Origin: Candidatus Sulfomarinibacteraceae bacterium
GTDB taxonomy: Bacteria; Acidobacteriota; Thermoanaerobaculia; Thermoanaerobaculales; Sulfomarinibacteraceae
Direction: 5' to 3'
DNA length: 64,000 nucleotides
Assembly: GCA_963796455.1 (NCBI GenBank)
Contig: CAWCLO010000004.1
Span: forward strand, 480,001 to 544,000
The position numbers and the translations under genes are program-made. Within the stretch, counting starts at the first letter, position 1; each line of letters opens with the position of its first letter. Below the pieces are notes generated by a model. The model was not told the DNA's origin. It saw only the letters and a program-made list of their open reading frames with translations, and ran no database searches. Positions 50,877-60,363 of this stretch are shown here, piece after piece.

Positions 50877-52367
50877 ATGAGAACATCGCGTCGATCGATT
50901 TCATTTTGGCTGGTTTTCGGCCTTGTCGTGCTCTCCGGATCCGTGGATGTGCCGGCTCAGGAAATGCCATCCGAGGTCGCGGGTTGGATCGAAGAAAACG
51001 TGCCGCTGGCCATGGAAGACGCCCACATGCCGGGGTTCAGCATCGCTGTGGTCAAGGATGGAGAGACCATCTATTCCGAAGGATTCGGTCTCCGCGACAC
51101 CGGGAAGATCCTCCCCGCGACGGCGGACACCCTCTATGGAATCGGCAGTATCACCAAGAGCTTTGTGGCCATCGCGATCATGCAGCTTGTCGAAGCTGGA
51201 GAGATCAGCCTCGATGATCCGGTCAGCAAACACATCCCCTTCGAGCTCGGGATGCCGGGCGACCCCATCACGATTCACCACCTGCTGACCCACAGCCTCG
51301 GAATCCCGAGCCTTGCCACTTCGACGGTCGCCATCTCGCGCGGACTCGGCATGGACACCGGGGTGCCGCTGGGGAGCGCGGATGACTTCTATCGATTGGT
51401 CAACGGCGCCGAGGACGAGATCGTTGCCCGTCCAGGCGAGCGCTTCTTCTACCACAATGCGGCCTGGAGGATGCTCGGGGCCGTCATCCAGGAAACAGCC
51501 GGGATGCCGTTCCATCAATATCTGAAGGAAAAAGTGATCGATCCGCTGGGGATGCAACGGACGACGCTGAGCCTGACCGCTTTCAACGCCGATCCCGATC
51601 ACATCCTGCCGCACCTCAAGATGGGTGATGAGGTGGAAGCCTCGGTGTTTCCTTATCCGAATCCTGACGACAACCCCGACTTCAGCTTCATCACGGCTGC
51701 CGGAGGGATCGTCAGTTCGGCCAACGAGATGACGAAATACCTCAATGCCCAGATCGATAAGGGCAAGACCGAGACGGGTCGCCTCGCGAGCGAGCAGGCC
51801 TTCGAGACGATGCAGCAGTTGCACATTGACAGAACTGACGGCTACTACGGTGAATACGGCTATGGATATGGCCTCGGCATCACTCCCGACTTTCTCGGTC
51901 ACAAAATGGTGGGTCATGGAGGATCCATCGCAGTCTCGACGGCATACATGGCCTTCATTCCCGATCTCGAGATCGGGGTCGTGATGATGGGCAACAGTTC
52001 GGGCATGAACTACTCGATCATCGCCGAATCGGTGCTCGCCATGCTCATGGACAAAGATCCGGCTGAGGTGCTCCCGGCGATTCAAATTCGCGAACGGATG
52101 CAACGCCTCACCGGGGACTACGAGGTCTACCGCGGGCTCGAAAAGGCGAGGGTCATCAACAGGAGAGGCCTTTTGTATCTGGAGCAGACGAACCGAAGAA
52201 CCGGCAAAACCAGCGCGACGCCGCTGATCCCGGAGGACCCGATGCTGGGCTCAACTGATTTCTACCTGCTCGGCAACGGCATCAAATCTCCCGTCGAGTT
52301 CGCGATCCGCGACGACGACACGATCGTCCTTTGCATTGGGAGATACTGCTACCACAAGGTCGATTGA
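50877..52367 (+). CDS. Beta-lactamase-family serine hydrolase (Pab87-like peptidase)
   Basis: Signal peptide; YGIGSITK (SxxK), LLTHSLG, FFYHN (YxN), GHGGS. Confidence 0.9.
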   Translation: MRTSRRSISFWLVFGLVVLSGSVDVPAQEMPSEVAGWIEENVPLAMEDAHMPGFSIAVVKDGETIYSEGFGLRDTGKILPATADTLYGIGSITKSFVAIAIMQLVEAGEISLDDPVSKHIPFELGMPGDPITIHHLLTHSLGIPSLATSTVAISRGLGMDTGVPLGSADDFYRLVNGAEDEIVARPGERFFYHNAAWRMLGAVIQETAGMPFHQYLKEKVIDPLGMQRTTLSLTAFNADPDHILPHLKMGDEVEASVFPYPNPDDNPDFSFITAAGGIVSSANEMTKYLNAQIDKGKTETGRLASEQAFETMQQLHIDRTDGYYGEYGYGYGLGITPDFLGHKMVGHGGSIAVSTAYMAFIPDLEIGVVMMGNSSGMNYSIIAESVLAMLMDKDPAEVLPAIQIRERMQRLTGDYEVYRGLEKARVINRRGLLYLEQTNRRTGKTSATPLIPEDPMLGSTDFYLLGNGIKSPVEFAIRDDDTIVLCIGRYCYHKVD

Positions 52368-52431
52368 TGGATGGATGAGTCTCGCAGACGCATTCTATTG
52401 TGAGATGTAGAATGCGGGGAGGGGGCTCAAT

Positions 52432-53412
52432 ATGAAGATTATCCTCGGTTGTATTCTGATTCTCGTGCTCATACCCTGTTCGGCCATGAGCCAATCAGCC
52501 GCAGAGACCACGCCGGGCGGGAAAATTTCGCTGGTCAAGATGCCGTATCGAGGATCGCGTAACGTGGCCGAACTCTCGCCGTCGCCGGATTATCTCGCCC
52601 AGGGCGGCATCGAGAAAGTGGTCGGGTCCCTCGGCTACAGCGTTGCCCCGATCGATACCGTCGCCTTGACGGCCGAGGAAGAGAAACAATATGGCGTTTG
52701 GCAGCGTCTCGCGCTGGCCAACAACCACCTCGGCGAAATCGTCGCCTCCCGGATTCGGGAGGGCGTGATGCCGGTGGGTCTGCTCGCCAATTGCAGCTCT
52801 CTCATGGGGATGCTGGCCGGGGTGCAGCATTCCGGACCAACAAACCGCCCCTTGCGAGTGGGGCTGATGTGGATCGATGCCCACGGTGACTTCAATACGC
52901 CCGAGACGACCCTGAGCGGAATGCTCGGGGGCATGCCGGTGGCCATTTCCGCCGGGCTGGGTTTGACGAGGCTGAGGATGGTCTCCGGTCTCGATCCGGC
53001 GTTGCCACCGAGTTACATCACGATGGCCGGGGTTCGGGACACCGATCCCCTCGAGCAGGAACTGCTCGACCGATACCGCATCGCGATGATCACCTCGGCC
53101 GAACTCATGGAGCCCGGAATCGCCATCAAACAGCAGATGGCGCGGCTCTCCCAGATCACCGACATCATCTACGTCCACATCGACATGGATGTGCTCGATC
53201 CGAGAGAAGTCCCGGGGCATGGCCTGGCGGTTCCCGGCGGGCCCTCCAGCCTCGAGTTGGCATCCGCGCTGACTCTGATGTTCAGCTATCCAAAGGTCGC
53301 GGCGCTCGGGATCGCTTCCACGCCCTATGGTGAAGACGACCCTGCGCAGCTTTCGCAGCAGGCCGCCTACAACCTCATCGCCGGTGCCATCAAGGGGCTC
53401 CAGCAACGCTGA
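52432..53412 (+). CDS. Arginase/ureohydrolase family protein with signal peptide
   Basis: WIDAHGDFNTPETT..GMP, GVRDTDPLE, YVHIDMDVLDP...PGG. Confidence 0.88.
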   Translation: MKIILGCILILVLIPCSAMSQSAAETTPGGKISLVKMPYRGSRNVAELSPSPDYLAQGGIEKVVGSLGYSVAPIDTVALTAEEEKQYGVWQRLALANNHLGEIVASRIREGVMPVGLLANCSSLMGMLAGVQHSGPTNRPLRVGLMWIDAHGDFNTPETTLSGMLGGMPVAISAGLGLTRLRMVSGLDPALPPSYITMAGVRDTDPLEQELLDRYRIAMITSAELMEPGIAIKQQMARLSQITDIIYVHIDMDVLDPREVPGHGLAVPGGPSSLELASALTLMFSYPKVAALGIASTPYGEDDPAQLSQQAAYNLIAGAIKGLQQR

Positions 53413-53449
53413 GGTGAGTTCGTGGTTCTGGACAGTGGTGTCCAGAACT

Positions 53450-53480
53450 CGATACTAGATGCTAGGTGCTAGATGCTGGA
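53450..53480. repeat. Short heptamer tandem repeat
   Basis: CGATACT AGATGCT AGGTGCT AGATGCT GGAT. Confidence 0.55.
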
Positions 53481-53486
53481 TCACTG

Positions 53487-53850
53487 TTGTCCAAGACAGA
53501 GTCTCGGATAGCGTGCAGGGACAGCGGCAGAGAACGGTCGACAGCGTCAGCAATCAGTCATCAGCGTCAGTGATCAGCGGCCGGGACAGTGAACAGCGTT
53601 CACTTCTTCGGGCTCCGGCCTTTGTGGTGCGGCCGTCTCGGCCGCACGGTGTGCAGGCGAGACGCCGACACCACAACGGCTGTTCCTTCTGTTGAACCAC
53701 CCGGAGGTGGCCACTTCGTCGCCTGGACTCCTGATCGCTGCCGCTGCTCTCCGTCGCTGAAAACTGACCGCTGTCCTGGTTCGCTGTTGCCTGACGCTGA
53801 CGCTGGACACTGTCGCTGCCGCGGTAATTCGGACGGGGACGCGGGGCAAT
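53487..53850. repeat. Dispersed repeat copy C: left arm + REP doublet + right arm
   Basis: Left arm TTGTCCAAGACAGAGTCTCGGATAGCGTGCAGGGACAGCGGCAGAGAAC matches 35210ff; right arm GTTCGCTGTTGCCTG..GCTGGACACTGTCGCTGCCGC..AATTCGGACG matches 35436-35495. Confidence 0.85.
53622..53676. repeat. REP-like inverted doublet
   Basis: TTGTGGTGCGGCCGTCTCGGCCGCAC-GGT-GTGCAGGCGAGACGCCGACACCACAA; each half is itself palindromic and the two halves are inverted copies. Confidence 0.7.
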
Positions 53851-54095
53851 GCCGAACTCAGTCAGCCGAAAACCAATAACGATCAGAAATAATCGGTGAA
53901 TGACACCCCGATGCCGAGAGCGTTCTTGTGGACGTTGTGACCGTAATTCCTCATTCGTCGAGGGTCTGAGGTTGCGAATCACGACGAAACAACTGACCTC
54001 ACAATGCGACGAAGAGCCTCCTGACTCCTGCGTGGCACACCTGCACGATGCACCCGTGCAACAATGCGGAGTGTGGCACCCATGCGAATAACATC

Positions 54096-55698
54096 ATGAC
54101 CGTCTTGCTCCGAAATCTGAAGCTCGCCCTGGATCACGACGAAGACGACCTCGGGTCCGCGGCGGCCGAGCACCTTGGCCTCGACGCCGGGGAGGTCGAG
54201 CTTCGGTCGATCGTCAGGAAGTCTCTTGACGCCCGCCGCCGCCGACGGCCGCAGTTTCTTTACACCCTCGCCATCGATCTGCCGGCTGAGGTCGAGCGAT
54301 CACTGCTTGCCGCGGACCCGGCGCCGATCGAACCGTATCGCTCGTCCGAGCGGGTCGAGATCAAAACCATGCGGCAAGCGGCAGATTCCAAACCGCCGGT
54401 TGTGGTGGGTTCCGGCCCGGCAGGTCTCTTTGCGGCCTACAGGTTGGTCCAGGCCGGTTTCGCACCGGTGGTCATCGAGCGGGGCCTCGAGGTCACCGAA
54501 CGCACGCGCCAGTGGAACCGATTTCTCAAGGGCGATGCCTTCAACCCGGAGAGCAATCTGCTTTTTGGTGAGGGAGGTGCCGGTACCTACTCCGATGGCA
54601 AGCTCTATACCCGGGTCAAGGACCCGAGGGTCGGTGAGGTGCTCGAGATCCTCGCCAACTACGGCGCTCCACGGGAGATTCTCTACGACGCCAAACCGCA
54701 CATCGGGTCGAACTTGCTGCCCTCGGTTGTTCGCCGTCTGAGAAACTCGCTCCGCGACCGCGGGGCGGAATTCCGCTTCTCGACAAGGATGACCGGTCTT
54801 CGAATATACGGCGGGAGGATCTGCGGCGTCGGACATCGAGCCTGGTGAGGCTCTCGAAGCTCAATCTGTTTTCCTCGGTCTCGGGCACTCGGCGCGCGAC
54901 ACCATCCGCACACTCCACGACCAAGGCATCGCCATGGAGCAAAAGCCATTTCAACTCGGGGCCCGAATCGAACACCCCCAGTCGGTGATCAATCGGATGC
55001 AGTACGGTCCCGATTTGTGCTCCCACCCGGGGCTGCCGGCCGCCGACTATCGACTCGTCGCCAGGATTCCCGGCGGCGACCTCTTCAGCTTCTGCATGTG
55101 TCCCGGCGGCGAGATCCTTCCGGCCACCGAGAAGGCGGGTTCCATCTGCGTCAACGGCGCCTCGCCCCTGGGACGCAAAGGCAGTTTCGCCAACTCTGGT
55201 TTTGTGATCACCTTCGATCCGGCCGAGTTTGGAGGCGAGGGGGTCCTCGCCGGCATCGAGTTGCAGGAAGAAATCGAAGGCCGGGCGGCGGCCCTGGCCC
55301 GCCAACCCTTTGGCGCGCCCGCCCTTCGTTTGCAGGATTTCGTTGGCGGCTGCATCTCCACCGAAATCCCCGAGTCGAGCTATCCGCTGACCCTGACGCC
55401 GGCGCCCTTCGAGGAATTTCTGCCTCCTCGTGTGATCGATGCCCTCCGCCGCGGGCTCGACGTCCTCTGTGCCCGTTTGCCCATCCTGCGCCATCCCGAG
55501 GCGATCATCGTCGGCCCCGAGTCGCGCAGTTCGTGTCCGGTGCGGATTCTCCGCGACCAGCGGACCCTCGAATCTCCCTCTGCAGCAGGTCTCTACCCGA
55601 TGGGGGAGGGTGCCGGCCACGCCGGCGGCATCATGTCCGCGGCCATCGACGGGATGCGCTGTGCTGAAGCTTTCCTGGGGCGCAGCGATAGCATTTGA
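54096..55698 (+). CDS. NAD(P)/FAD-dependent oxidoreductase (uncharacterised FAD-dependent dehydrogenase family); frameshift ~54831
   Basis: VVGSGPAGLFAA, FGEGGAGTYSDGKL, KPHIGS; after removing one G: LGHSARD, RIEHPQ, FCMCPGG, ESRSSCPVRI, GEGAGHAGGIMSAAIDG. Confidence 0.9.
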
Positions 55699-55708
55699 AT
55701 GAGCGTGG

Positions 55709-58139
55709 TTACTCGGGCAGCGTGACCTCGAATCTGATCGCGTTCAGTTGTTCGGGGGAGCTGCCGACTCGTTCCAGGAACGCTCGCCAGCGAGGGTCGT
55801 TTTCGATGGATGAATAGAACGGCAGCAGGAACTGCTCGGTCAGTCCGGCTTCGTTTTGCTCGAGGGCCTTGTCGAGCCAGCTCATGGTTGCATCGCCGTT
55901 GCCGGTGAAGCCAAACACATGCGCGACTTCTGAGGGCCACTCACGACCCCAGCCTTGGATCAGTTCTTCGAGCCTGAGCTCGTGCTCATCCTTTCGTTCG
56001 AGCGCAAATAACGCGAGAGCCTCACCCTTGACCCTCCATTCCTCGTCTTCCTCCCTGGAAAACATATCGAACGCCTCAGCGGGGTCACCGTTGAAGAGCA
56101 TCGCCAGTCCGAGGTGGTGGGGACCGCCGATGTCGTTCGGACTCAAGTGGAGTGCAGTGGCGTACGAAGCCTCCGCCCGGTTCCATTGACGGTCGTAGAA
56201 ATAGCTGTGGCCGAGGAGGGTATGGGCATTGGAATTCAGCGGGTCGCGAGCGGTGACGTATTTCCCGAGGGCGATTGCCTCATCCAGACGGCCGAGGTGT
56301 TCCAGCAGAGTCGCGGCGCTGCGGTAGATGCCGAGATGGGCCGGGTCCAGCGCCAGGGCTCGTTCGCAGTGGCGGGCGGCGGCGGCAAGATCGTTGTCGT
56401 GCCACAACGCGATCCAGCTGAGGGTCTCATGGGCCGGGGCGTAGTTCGGGTCGATCGAAAGAGCCCGTTCGGCCGCCTCCCGGGCGAGACGATAGCCCTC
56501 GTCGGCGGGGCGCAGCCCGTTGTTCGTCTGGTTCAGATAGCTCGCGGCCAGACCGTCCCATGCGGGTGCATAGTCGGGATCGATCGCCAGGACCTCTTTG
56601 AAGAGTGCTATGGCCTGCTCAATGCCTTCTGCAGTCAGTTGTCCGCCGACGTGGCGGGCCTGCAGGAACAGAGAATAGGCTTCGGGGTCGGTTGCGACGA
56701 TCGTGGGTGCGCCGCCGAGCAGCGCGATTTTCAACTCTTCGACCACCGCGGCGGCGATCTCATCCTGGATGGCAAAGATGTCATCGAGCGTCCGGTCGTA
56801 GGTCTCCGACCACAGGTGGGTGTCGGTGCGTGCGTCGATCAGCTGCGCCGTGATGCGCACCTGGTTGCCGGCCTTGCGCACCGAACCTTCCAAAACGTGG
56901 GCCACGTTCAGGCGTTTCGCGATTTCGGGTATCTCCAGGTTCTGGCCCTTGAATGAAAAGGCCGAGGACCGCGAGATCACCCGCAGCTCGGGAATCTTCG
57001 CCAGGAGATTCAGAAGCTCTTCGGCGATGCCGTCCGAGAAGTACTCATTGCCCGCGTCATCGCTCATATTGATAAATGCCAGAACGGCGATGGACCTGTC
57101 GTCGGCTGCGGCGGCCGTTGGTGCGAGCTCCGGCTCGGGTGTCAGGGTGGCCCTACCGAACAGGAAGGCCAGCGTGGCGATGACCACGAGGGCGCCCACG
57201 ACCCAGATCCATCCGCGGTTTGCACGGCTCCGGGATTCGGTGCGGGGCACCATCACGGTGGCGCCGGTCAAGCTGACGCCCGATTCGGTTTCATTTTTCA
57301 GCTCGCGCAACTGGTTGCGGATTTCGGCGGCCGAGTGGTAACGATTCTCCGGGTTCTTCTCGAGACAGCGGGACACGATTTGCCCCAGATGGATCGGCAG
57401 ATCCGGTTTGAGTTCGGGCAACGGCTGCGGTGCATCGCGGAGGATGGCCATGCTCACATCCATCTGTGAGTCGCCTCGAAACGGTCGTTGCCCGATGCCA
57501 GCTCATAAAGAAGGACGCCGAGGGAAAAGAGATCACTGCGGTGGTCGAGGACCTTCCCTCGGAGTTGTTCCGGCGACATGTAAGGGATCGTCCCGACCAG
57601 GGTCCCTGCAACGGTCAGGCTCAGATTGTGCGTTTCGTCTCCGTCGACGGCATTCGTGCTCTCCGTGTGTTTCGCCAGCCCGAAATCGAGGACCTTGACC
57701 CGCCCATCGTCAGCGATCATGACGTTGGCGGGTTTGAGGTCTCGATGCACGATGTGCTTTGCGTGGGCGGCCGAAAGTGCATCGGCCACGGCGATACCGA
57801 TCTCGAAGATTCTCGACAGCGGGAGACTCCTTCTCGCGAGGATCTGGTCGAGGCCCCGGCCTTCGACGAGTTCCATCGTCAGGAAGTGAACGCCGGAATC
57901 TTCTTCCACCGAAAAAAGCGTGACGATGTGGGGATGATTGAGCCCCGCGACCGTTTCGGCCTCGCGCTGAAAACGTTCGAGGCGCTCGGGGTCGGCGGCC
58001 ATTTCCGGAGGGAGGATCTTCAGGGCGACGTCGCGCTTGAGTTTGTGTCCCGCGCCCGGTAGACCTCACCCATTCCGCCTTTGCCGAGCAGATCGATGAT
58101 CTCGTAGTGAGCGAGTTTGCTTCCTTGCTCCAGAGCCAT
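55709..58139 (-). CDS. Ser/Thr kinase-TM-TolB-N/FlgO-like-TPR protein; frameshifts ~58045 and ~57491
   Basis: [82 protein letters not shown] repeats. Confidence 0.88.
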
Positions 58140-58390
58140 TGGAAGATTCTAACCCGCTCGGCGCTCACCGTTTTCGGTGCGGCATGGACGTGATCCTTCG
58201 GGACTCTCCAATTCCGGGTGTCATCCGCTTGCACGATGGATCTCTGTGAGTTCGCGACCGGCGATCGCCACCGACGTCACGGCAGCGGCAAGGGTCGCGG
58301 CAGCCGAACGTACTCTTGGGATCATCGAATCTCCGCAATTGAAAATCTTTCTCATTTACGGGGGAGTTGACGACGGTTTTCATTGACGGA

Positions 58391-58419
58391 TTGACACTGG
58401 GTTTTCCAGGACATAGATT
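58391..58419 (+). promoter_or_regulatory. Near-consensus sigma70 promoter
   Basis: TTGACA (58391-58396)-17 bp-TAGATT (58414-58419). Confidence 0.7.
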
Positions 58420-58578
58420 CTCATTAGAAATTACGATTTTGAGAGAAAGTAGGTGAACGAGGCAAGGCCAAGGGATCTGATCCCGGCCAACGTCTGGACC
58501 GGTGGTTCATTGCGTACCGGAGACGCGACCGAGCTTTGGTCTTTCTGTTTTGCGACCCTCCCAGGAAAGGAACTGAAG

Positions 58579-60114
58579 ATGACAAGCAAGATGTTTCGAT
58601 TGGGTGCGTTCATCGTCCTCCTCTTCGTCGCCCCTGTGGTATCCGCCAACTACTGCGCGCTCGACGAAGTTCCGGCGGCGACTCTCCTTTTTCCATTTGT
58701 GGCTTTCGATTATGAAGGTGGGTACAACGGTCAGACGACCCAGATCGCCATCACCAATGTTTCGTCCGAAGCGCAGATTGTCCACGTGACCATCTGGTCC
58801 GACTACTCCGTTGCAATCCTCGATTTCAATGTCGTGCTGACCGGCTACGACGTGGTTCGCATGAACACCCGCGACATCCTCGCTTTCGGCCTCCTACCGA
58901 CCGAAGACGAGGCGACTTCCCGCAAGGACAATATCTGGGTCGACGACGACAGCAACGCGGGCGGCACGCCCTTTGACGACGGCCCCTGGTCAACCCACAA
59001 CGAACTCCACGATCCGCCGGTCGTTCTCAGCAACCTGCCGGATCCCGAATCGACCACGCCGTTGGACTGCGATCCTGACGACTGGATCTCGTCACCGGTC
59101 AACTACGTCGACCCGATCCCACCGGGAACGCTTGGCGTTTTCGAGGGCTATCTCAAGGCCAGCCAGACCTCGGCGAGGTCCTACCTCGACTGTGCGGACG
59201 AGGTTGAAGAGTTTCCGGAGGAAACGTGGTTCATCGCCCGCGACAGCGGCCCGGTGTGGATTTATGTGACCGCCGACGTGGTGGCTTCCTGCAACAAGGA
59301 CCTGCCGGACGGACAGGCTTCGACCTATTTTGCCCTCGATCGTGCGAATACGGATGGGGTACTCGATGACAATGTGCTGATCGGTGACGTGATCTGGCTT
59401 GATACGGGGAAACGGTTTTCAGAAGCGGATGAGGCGGTCCATCTCGAGTCCTTTGGACCGGCATCGGACGTGACTTTTTATACCCGCTACACCCTGGCTT
59501 TCGACGCCTTTGCCGATGGCCGCGAACCGCTTCCATCCGCGTGGGCGATCCGTTACCAGGTGATTCAAGATGATGGCATCGATACCTGGATAAGGGTCTT
59601 CAAGGGTTCGACTCTCAACCGGACGGTTGCCGACCTGGCGAGTTCGAGCGTGGGTCCGAATTGGGGATCGATCAACTCGGTTGGTCCTGCCAATCTCTAC
59701 GCTTCGGCGTGCGTCCCGTACACCTACTACGCGTGGGACGAGGACGAAAATGTGAACTCGGTTTCTTCGGACGAAGATCCCTGGTCCGGCACCGAGGACC
59801 CGATTCGACCGGTTCCCAATCTCCTGCCGTTGGAGGTTCAAGAGGTCCGGATCGACCAGTTCTTCATCGTCCGCGAGGATCCCGATGAGGAGTTCTTCGG
59901 CTGGCTACTGCTGATCTGGCCGGGTTCGAACGGTGCGCCGGTCGGAAATACCGCGGGTGATCTGGACGATCGGTATCAGACCTGGGTTGGGGCCAGATAT
60001 ACCGGTTTCGGGTATTTTTCGGCTGGACTCAGCGGCGCCGTCATGGCGAACTTCAACTGCGACGATACCCAGGTATTGCCGTTGCTCGGTTTGGGGCAAC
60101 CGCGGGTCCGCTGA
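58579..60114 (+). CDS. Hypothetical exported acidic protein (CALDEVPAATLLFPF-type N-terminus)
   Basis: Signal peptide ..VVSA|NYC; Asp/Glu-rich, several Cys; RBS GGAAAGGA. Confidence 0.75.
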   Translation: MTSKMFRLGAFIVLLFVAPVVSANYCALDEVPAATLLFPFVAFDYEGGYNGQTTQIAITNVSSEAQIVHVTIWSDYSVAILDFNVVLTGYDVVRMNTRDILAFGLLPTEDEATSRKDNIWVDDDSNAGGTPFDDGPWSTHNELHDPPVVLSNLPDPESTTPLDCDPDDWISSPVNYVDPIPPGTLGVFEGYLKASQTSARSYLDCADEVEEFPEETWFIARDSGPVWIYVTADVVASCNKDLPDGQASTYFALDRANTDGVLDDNVLIGDVIWLDTGKRFSEADEAVHLESFGPASDVTFYTRYTLAFDAFADGREPLPSAWAIRYQVIQDDGIDTWIRVFKGSTLNRTVADLASSSVGPNWGSINSVGPANLYASACVPYTYYAWDEDENVNSVSSDEDPWSGTEDPIRPVPNLLPLEVQEVRIDQFFIVREDPDEEFFGWLLLIWPGSNGAPVGNTAGDLDDRYQTWVGARYTGFGYFSAGLSGAVMANFNCDDTQVLPLLGLGQPRVR

Positions 60115-60363
60115 GACCAGCCGTCTATCAAAGACCGTTTCGACCGATCTCGGTGAAGATTCCGGGCTCGATCGGCCAGGGCGGAGCATTCACCGTTTGG
60201 TGAGGAGGCGCACAACGAGGTGGGGTGCGGCTTTGGCCGAAATTCGGAGTGGGGCCAGGTGATCAGCGAATGAGCACCTCATCCAACAACGGGTGAGCAA
60301 AAGCGACCCTATACTCATGGACTGTCGTGGAGTGACTGTGCGACCAAAATTCTGGAGTTCCTG

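Noticed and set aside
2440..58050. About 15 frameshifts as programmed frameshifting, phase variation or mass pseudogenisation
   Set aside because: They are single-base indels in unrelated genes, with no slippery heptamers or long SSRs and no accompanying nonsense codons. Long-read consensus error is the simpler explanation; reads are needed to settle it.
58460..58545. c-di-GMP-I riboswitch
   Set aside because: Only a GGCAA-like start; the GNRA tetraloop/receptor and GCAAAGC elements are not evident.
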